DNA of 39,920 nt. Origin: a virus (taxonomy: Duplodnaviria > Caudoviricetes). Below the pieces are notes generated by a model. That model was not told where the DNA came from and did not search any database. It was given only the letters and a program-made list of their open reading frames with translations. The position numbers and the translations under genes are program-made. Shown here piece after piece: positions 35,762 through 39,920 of this stretch. The DNA is taken from IMG/VR virus record IMGVR_UViG_3300017747_002560, positions 1-39,920 of that record; one strand, given 5' to 3'. Numbering within the stretch: position 1 is the stretch's first letter; every line of letters begins with the position of its first letter.

Positions 35762-36708
35762 TGCCGAGAGCCAAGACGACTGATCAGGAGTTCATGTCGG
35801 TTTTCGACGCCGTGGGAGCAACGAAAGCCTCCCTTCTGCTAGGCGTCACCGAACGCAATGTCTACGCAAGGCGGGAGCGGCTGGAGGGAAAATACGGGCC
35901 GATCTCGGCGCCGTCCAAACAGGCCGTTGAATACCCCGGCCGCGTTCCGCTTAGTATCAAGAATGGTACCATTCTGGTGGGCTCTGACTTCCATATCTGG
36001 CCCGGTCCCATGTCTACCTGCCAGCGGGCGTTCCTGAAGTTCTGCAAAGACATTCAACCGACCGCCGTTATCCTCAATGGCGACGTGATGGACTTTCCCA
36101 GGATCAGCCGCCATCCGCAGAATTGGGAAAGCGCTCCAGATCCCCAGCAGGAAATCGAGGCAACGCAGGACTATCTCAGCGACCTTGTGAATGCCTGCCC
36201 CCGACGAACGCAGCGCTACTGGACTTTGGGAAATCACGATGCCAGGTTTGAGCTTATGATTGCCAGCTCGGCCCCACAATACCGAGGCGTCAAAGGCGTC
36301 CATCTAAGCGATCATTTCAGCGCGTGGACGAAAGCCATGTCCTGCTACGTCAACGAGGGCGTGCCGGGCGGGGCCACGATGATCAAGCACATCCCCAAGG
36401 GCGGCGGCATTGGCGCGACACGAAACACCACGCTCAACGCTGGCGTCAGCACGGTTAACGGCCACCTTCACTCGCAAAATGTTAGACCTTTTTCTGACTA
36501 TAATGCTTTTGATCGGTACGGCGTCGATACTGGCATGGTGGCTGACAAGGAACATCGTGCGTTCAGCTATTGCCAAGATTCGGCATTAGATTGGCGATCT
36601 GGTTTCGCGCTGCTGACGTATCGCGACTGTAGGCTGATGTACCCTGAACTGATCACCAAATGGTCGCCCAATCAGGTCCAATTCCGGGGAGAAATCATCC
36701 GTGTATAA
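35761..36708 (+). CDS. calcineurin-like metallophosphoesterase with N-terminal HTH-like segment
   Basis: SDFH, NGDVMD, GNHD, KH, GHLH. Confidence 0.88.
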   Translation: MPRAKTTDQEFMSVFDAVGATKASLLLGVTERNVYARRERLEGKYGPISAPSKQAVEYPGRVPLSIKNGTILVGSDFHIWPGPMSTCQRAFLKFCKDIQPTAVILNGDVMDFPRISRHPQNWESAPDPQQEIEATQDYLSDLVNACPRRTQRYWTLGNHDARFELMIASSAPQYRGVKGVHLSDHFSAWTKAMSCYVNEGVPGGATMIKHIPKGGGIGATRNTTLNAGVSTVNGHLHSQNVRPFSDYNAFDRYGVDTGMVADKEHRAFSYCQDSALDWRSGFALLTYRDCRLMYPELITKWSPNQVQFRGEIIRV

Positions 36709-37126
36709 AATCAGGGAGGTTGACGGTTCGGACGACGAAACCGCGGATACCCTGAGAGACCTGCACAAACTGACGTTCTTTGGTGAAGCCCCGATCCCCG
36801 ATTTCGAGGAGGGCCATTGGTGGATAGGTTGGCACGGCAGCGAGGCCATATCGTTCGCTTCGATGGTTCAATCTGATAGATATCCTCGGGCTGGATACTT
36901 CAAACGGGTAGGAGTTCTATCATCGCATCGCGGTCACGGCTTGCAGCTTCGGCACATGCGGGCGCTGGAGATGCGAGCGAAGCGCAATGGCTGGCGCAAG
37001 ATCATTTCCGATACAACCGACAACCCGCATTCTGGAAACAACTTTATCGCGGCTGGCTATTGGCTGTTGCAGCCGGAGAATCCGTGGTCGTTTCCGCATT
37101 CGATTTATTGGGTGAAAGAGCTTTAA
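36701..37126 (+). CDS. GNAT acetyltransferase
   Basis: RVGV...HRGHGL acetyl-CoA motif; N..S.NN...GY. Confidence 0.85.
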   Translation: MYKIREVDGSDDETADTLRDLHKLTFFGEAPIPDFEEGHWWIGWHGSEAISFASMVQSDRYPRAGYFKRVGVLSSHRGHGLQLRHMRALEMRAKRNGWRKIISDTTDNPHSGNNFIAAGYWLLQPENPWSFPHSIYWVKEL

Positions 37127-37192
37127 TTATAGAGTTCCCGCGCTTCTTGTGGTAGTGTTTTCGTGTTCTGTTTTGCGAAAGATGGTGAGAGA

Positions 37193-37381
37193 ATGACGGG
37201 CAAATTCGACGGGTTTTATCAGTACGTCCCACACGGGTTTGTCCACTCATTCGAGAAACTTGGTTGGACGCTACAGCCGCATATTTTGCGCGGCGTACAC
37301 CACGGCGATTATTCCGATTGCCTCAAGTGGGAAGGCGATGGCGATCCTGTTTTCCCTACCGATTGGAGGAAAGCCGCTTGA
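37193..37381 (+). CDS. hypothetical protein
   Basis: ATG at 37193; ORF in operon direction. Confidence 0.55.
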   Translation: MTGKFDGFYQYVPHGFVHSFEKLGWTLQPHILRGVHHGDYSDCLKWEGDGDPVFPTDWRKAA

Positions 37382-37551
37382 GCGAGCCCTTCCATGATTG
37401 CCAAGCCGCTTTCGTCGCAGGCATCACAGAGCCAAGCAAGGGCGAGTATTACATCATTCTAGGGACCGGCAACCACGACTGCACCCGCTGGCGCATGACC
37501 GAATCCCTCCTGAAGAAAATACGGCGTGAGATAAACGAGAAGCTGGACTAG
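37378..37551 (+). CDS. hypothetical protein
   Basis: TTGA coupling after GGAGG. Confidence 0.55.
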   Translation: MSEPFHDCQAAFVAGITEPSKGEYYIILGTGNHDCTRWRMTESLLKKIRREINEKLD

Positions 37552-37557
37552 GGTTTT

Positions 37558-37584
37558 CAGTTGTCAAGGATTACTTGACTACTG
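37558..37584. terminator. palindrome at the convergence of the two operons (possible bidirectional terminator)
   Basis: CAGTTGTCAAG-gatta-CTTGACTACTG, 11-bp stem with one mismatch; no long T run. Confidence 0.45.
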
Positions 37585-37684
37585 CTTGGCCAGCAGTGCG
37601 AGAGTCGCGCCAAATTGTGAGCCATGCCACGAACGCGCATCCGAATAAAAACCCGCCGAAGAAGCTGTTCCAGTCTATTGTCAC
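37571..37684 (-). CDS. small membrane peptide (37 aa, MTIDWNSFFGGFLFG...)
   Basis: Read manually; GAGGA RBS, GTG start, one TM span. Confidence 0.55.
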   Translation of the reverse strand: MTIDWNSFFGGFLFGCAFVAWLTIWRDSRTAGQAVVK

Positions 37685-37959
37685 TTTGATTCCTCGCTTA
37701 GAACTAGCTAGTTATACTATTTCTGCGGGCTGAGTATAACCGATGCCTGTTTAGGAGCGAGCATAGCGCCCGGGCAACGGGATATCACGCTCCACGTTGA
37801 CGGGATTTTGCTTCGCTTCCGGTTTTACATTCGGCCTGAACTTGTTGGGCTTCTGACTTCCCGGTTGTCGCGTTTCTGTCGCATCCCAATTGAAACCAGT
37901 CCCTTCACCGACCTTGGACTAGCATCGCCCTCATAGTCTGCCGGGGGCGTGAACGGTGT

Positions 37960-38124
37960 CTACTGAAATGTTTGGGCGCGGTAGATCACCCGGCCCTCGG
38001 TCGTCTCGATCCGTGTGGTGCCGGGGTTGAGCGGGACGTGCTTCAGCACCTTCTCGTCGCTTTCCTCCTCGACCATGTAAAAATGTCGGTCGCGGAAAAA
38101 CAGGTAGGTCTGCATTTTTGCCAT
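37960..38124 (-). CDS. hypothetical protein
   Basis: GAGG RBS before MAKMQ. Confidence 0.6.
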   Translation of the reverse strand: MAKMQTYLFFRDRHFYMVEEESDEKVLKHVPLNPGTTRIETTEGRVIYRAQTFQ

Positions 38125-38131
38125 GGCTTCC

Positions 38132-38341
38132 TCACATTCCTTTGGGTAGCGCGGATGCGAGCGCGGCAAGCTCGGCGGCTTGGATGGCGATACTGGCATC
38201 CAACCGTTTCAACTGGTCGCCAGTCGCCGTTTCCCGGTTTTGCAGCATCTCGTCGAGGTTAGAGCAGCGGCGGCCGGCTGGCGTATCGGCTCCGAACTGT
38301 CGGCGCTTGACGAGAAGGCCAGAGCGGATTTTATCGGTCAT
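38132..38341 (-). CDS. hypothetical protein
   Basis: AGAGGA RBS; own promoter upstream. Confidence 0.6.
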   Translation of the reverse strand: MTDKIRSGLLVKRRQFGADTPAGRRCSNLDEMLQNRETATGDQLKRLDASIAIQAAELAALASALPKGM

Positions 38342-38375
38342 TTTTGCATCCTCTAAGAGTTCAAGTTGTGCCGAT

Positions 38376-38404
38376 ATTATATAGGGTTTCCCGGTTATTT
38401 TCTA
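38376..38404 (-). promoter_or_regulatory. sigma70-type promoter
   Basis: TAGAAA-N17-TATAAT on the minus strand. Confidence 0.55.
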
Positions 38405-38683
38405 CTTCGGTGTTGATCCGACAACACCAGCGAGGGCGGCAGAGGCAATCGTGAAGGCCGCTCCCCATTGATGGGCGGCAGTCTTTCCGGACGGCCCAGC
38501 CAATTCAACGATTTGCTCCAGCGCCTTCACCAACGCCGGCGCCAAAATCATGAGGCGCGCATCGGCGTCGGATGGCGGTTGCTGGAATGTGCAGATGTCG
38601 CCTTCGCGCATCGCCGGCATGATAGCTATGCATTTTCCTTGATCGGAAAATCCGACCCAAGGTCCGGGCGTATGTTCGCTCAT
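38402..38683 (-). CDS. phage hypothetical protein (HTPGPW...ADARL...AP family)
   Basis: HTPGPW and ADARLMILAP motifs. Confidence 0.75.
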   Translation of the reverse strand: MSEHTPGPWVGFSDQGKCIAIMPAMREGDICTFQQPPSDADARLMILAPALVKALEQIVELAGPSGKTAAHQWGAAFTIASAALAGVVGSTPK

Positions 38684-39792
38684 GTCTTGCTCCCTGTTCC
38701 CACAGCACCGTGCATGACACTCATGCTGGCACCGATAAATTCCGCCGCGACTTGAGGAACGATGGCGTTTCCGTAGGCGCGCAACTTAGATGGGCGTCGG
38801 TGTACCCCATGAGCCAGCGGGAATGATCCGGGTCTAATTGCGCGGGCTTTTCCGTCTGTGCAGGGGAGCCATTCGCAAGCCCAGAAACCGCCGTCAGCGT
38901 GTCCGCCACGCCCCGGCTGTGACGCATTCCCGAGCTCTCCGAATCCTCGGCGCGCGGTGTCGGCCACGTCGCCAGCTTCGCGACCATCTGCAAATCCGTC
39001 AGGGAGACACCCATCGACGACCCGCGCGCGATCGATCGCCGCTTGCGTTCCAAGAATGCTTCCGGCTCCCCGTTCGCCTGTTGGGCGCATGGCGTCGGCC
39101 AGGAGGCCAGCAACGCTTGGTCTTGCAGATTTAGGGTATGCCCCGCCGCTACTCGCTCCAGCCCGTTCTGGCCGCCGCGGTCGCCGTTCTGTGCGGCCGG
39201 TGATCGCCACCCCGCCAATTCGACCATCTTCCGGCTGCTGTCCGTGTTGCCCGCTGCGTTGTAGCCATTCTGCGCCGGCGTTCCCGCCATCGGCGTCGGC
39301 CACGAACCAAAGGCGGTCTCTAAGGTGCGGCGCCCCGACGCTGCAAGCTGGTAGTACGGCCGCCCCGCAGGCGTAGCTTTCCGCCTCCATGTCTGCGAAA
39401 ACAAGATCGAGCCAACCCCATCCAATCGCGTCATCAACCTGCTCTCCAAAGACGACTGGAGGGCGGCGCTCGGCGATGAGAGGTAGCCACGCAGGCCAAA
39501 GGTGGCGCTCGTCATCGCCCGCTTTACCCGCGCCGGCGGCGCTGAAAGGCTGGCAGGGACATGAGCCTGTCCAAACAGGTCGACTATCGTCCCATCCGGC
39601 AAGTCGCAAGGCGATAGACCATCCGCCGATTCCGGCAAAGAAATGGGCTTGGGTATATCCGCGCAAATCGTCGGCTCGCACGTCAACGATTGATCGTTCG
39701 TCAACGTCGCCGCGGGCGATGTGTCCGGCGTCGATAAGGTTTCGGAGCCATTGCGCTGCATAGGGGTCGACCTCGTTATAGTAAGCTGTCAC
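38680..39792 (-). CDS. DNA cytosine-5 methyltransferase, alpha chain (motifs I-VIII and X)
   Basis: FFAGIGG, GSCPCQPFS, GEQV, GAPHLRDR, LRAYGNAIVPQVA; GTG overlapping the upstream stop. Confidence 0.9.
   Translation of the reverse strand: MTAYYNEVDPYAAQWLRNLIDAGHIARGDVDERSIVDVRADDLRGYTQAHFFAGIGGWSIALRLAGWDDSRPVWTGSCPCQPFSAAGAGKAGDDERHLWPAWLPLIAERRPPVVFGEQVDDAIGWGWLDLVFADMEAESYACGAAVLPACSVGAPHLRDRLWFVADADGGNAGAEWLQRSGQHGQQPEDGRIGGVAITGRTERRPRRPERAGASSGGAYPKSARPSVAGLLADAMRPTGERGAGSILGTQAAIDRARVVDGCLPDGFADGREAGDVADTARRGFGELGNASQPGRGGHADGGFWACEWLPCTDGKARAIRPGSFPLAHGVHRRPSKLRAYGNAIVPQVAAEFIGASMSVMHGAVGTGSKT
38721..39515 (-). CDS. nested alternative-frame methyltransferase beta chain (motif IX); start uncertain, frame open to 39761
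   Basis: Frame open for 346 codons inside the alpha gene; SLESRL...TW..K.TP.GR, four W(P/R)(T/S)P modules, LDPDHSRWLMGY. Confidence 0.7.
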   Translation of the reverse strand: MTSATFGLRGYLSSPSAALQSSLESRLMTRLDGVGSILFSQTWRRKATPAGRPYYQLAASGRRTLETAFGSWPTPMAGTPAQNGYNAAGNTDSSRKMVELAGWRSPAAQNGDRGGQNGLERVAAGHTLNLQDQALLASWPTPCAQQANGEPEAFLERKRRSIARGSSMGVSLTDLQMVAKLATWPTPRAEDSESSGMRHSRGVADTLTAVSGLANGSPAQTEKPAQLDPDHSRWLMGYTDAHLSCAPTETPSFLKSRRNLSVPA

Positions 39793-39920
39793 TTGCACTC
39801 CCGCGACGGCAGTGTGGATGACGGCATAGGCCAGTACTTGTAAGTCTGGCCGCCACGGATGCGGTCGATAACAGTTCGATTGACGCCGAACTCGTCAGCC
39901 CAAACCTTGGCGGATTTAAC
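39789..39920 (-). CDS. 3' end of a probable HNH endonuclease or HTH protein (truncated by the window edge)
   Basis: ADEFGVNRTVIDRIRGGQTY resembles the C-terminal HTH of the HNH at 26061 (AADFGVDQTVIHRIRDGRSW). Confidence 0.6.
   Translation of the reverse strand, partial: VKSAKVWADEFGVNRTVIDRIRGGQTYKYWPMPSSTLPSRECK

Noticed and set aside
1-39920. Window as a complete circular genome
   Set aside because: Joining the ends gives ATG ACC ACC GGT TAA and leaves the right-edge HTH fragment without a start; no terminal repeat was seen

Overview
The window is almost a whole tailed-phage genome (~40 kb) of lambdoid gene order with a podovirus-type (P22-like) virion module. The host is probably an alphaproteobacterium (Hyphomicrobiales, likely Bradyrhizobium-like), inferred from GapR, GcrA-C and DnaA-C homologues. 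Layout: (i) 1-5978, minus-strand early operon with a small C5-methylase-like gene, YqaJ exonuclease, ERF recombinase, an SSB-like gene and two pentapeptide-repeat genes. (ii) A 186-bp divergent control region with three operator-like sites, a cro-like gene and no cI. (iii) 6165-12971, rightward replication/regulation genes. (iv) 13567-33307, terminase, portal, scaffold, capsid, tail, ejection proteins and fibre. (v) 33300-37551, lysis and accessory genes. (vi) 37571-39920, a second minus-strand block. I found no integrase, repressor, tRNA, CRISPR array or reverse transcriptase. Genes run off both edges and the ends do not join in frame, so the genome probably extends beyond the window. The two strongest candidates for an unusual system are a three-gene glycosyltransferase cassette (Maf/sialyltransferase-like, GT8-like, GT2-like) translationally coupled inside the head operon, suggesting virion glycosylation, and a C5 methyltransferase split over two overlapping frames (M.EcoHK31I-like) whose nested chain carries four WPTP-type modules. 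All functional calls are from motif recognition by eye; no database search was run.
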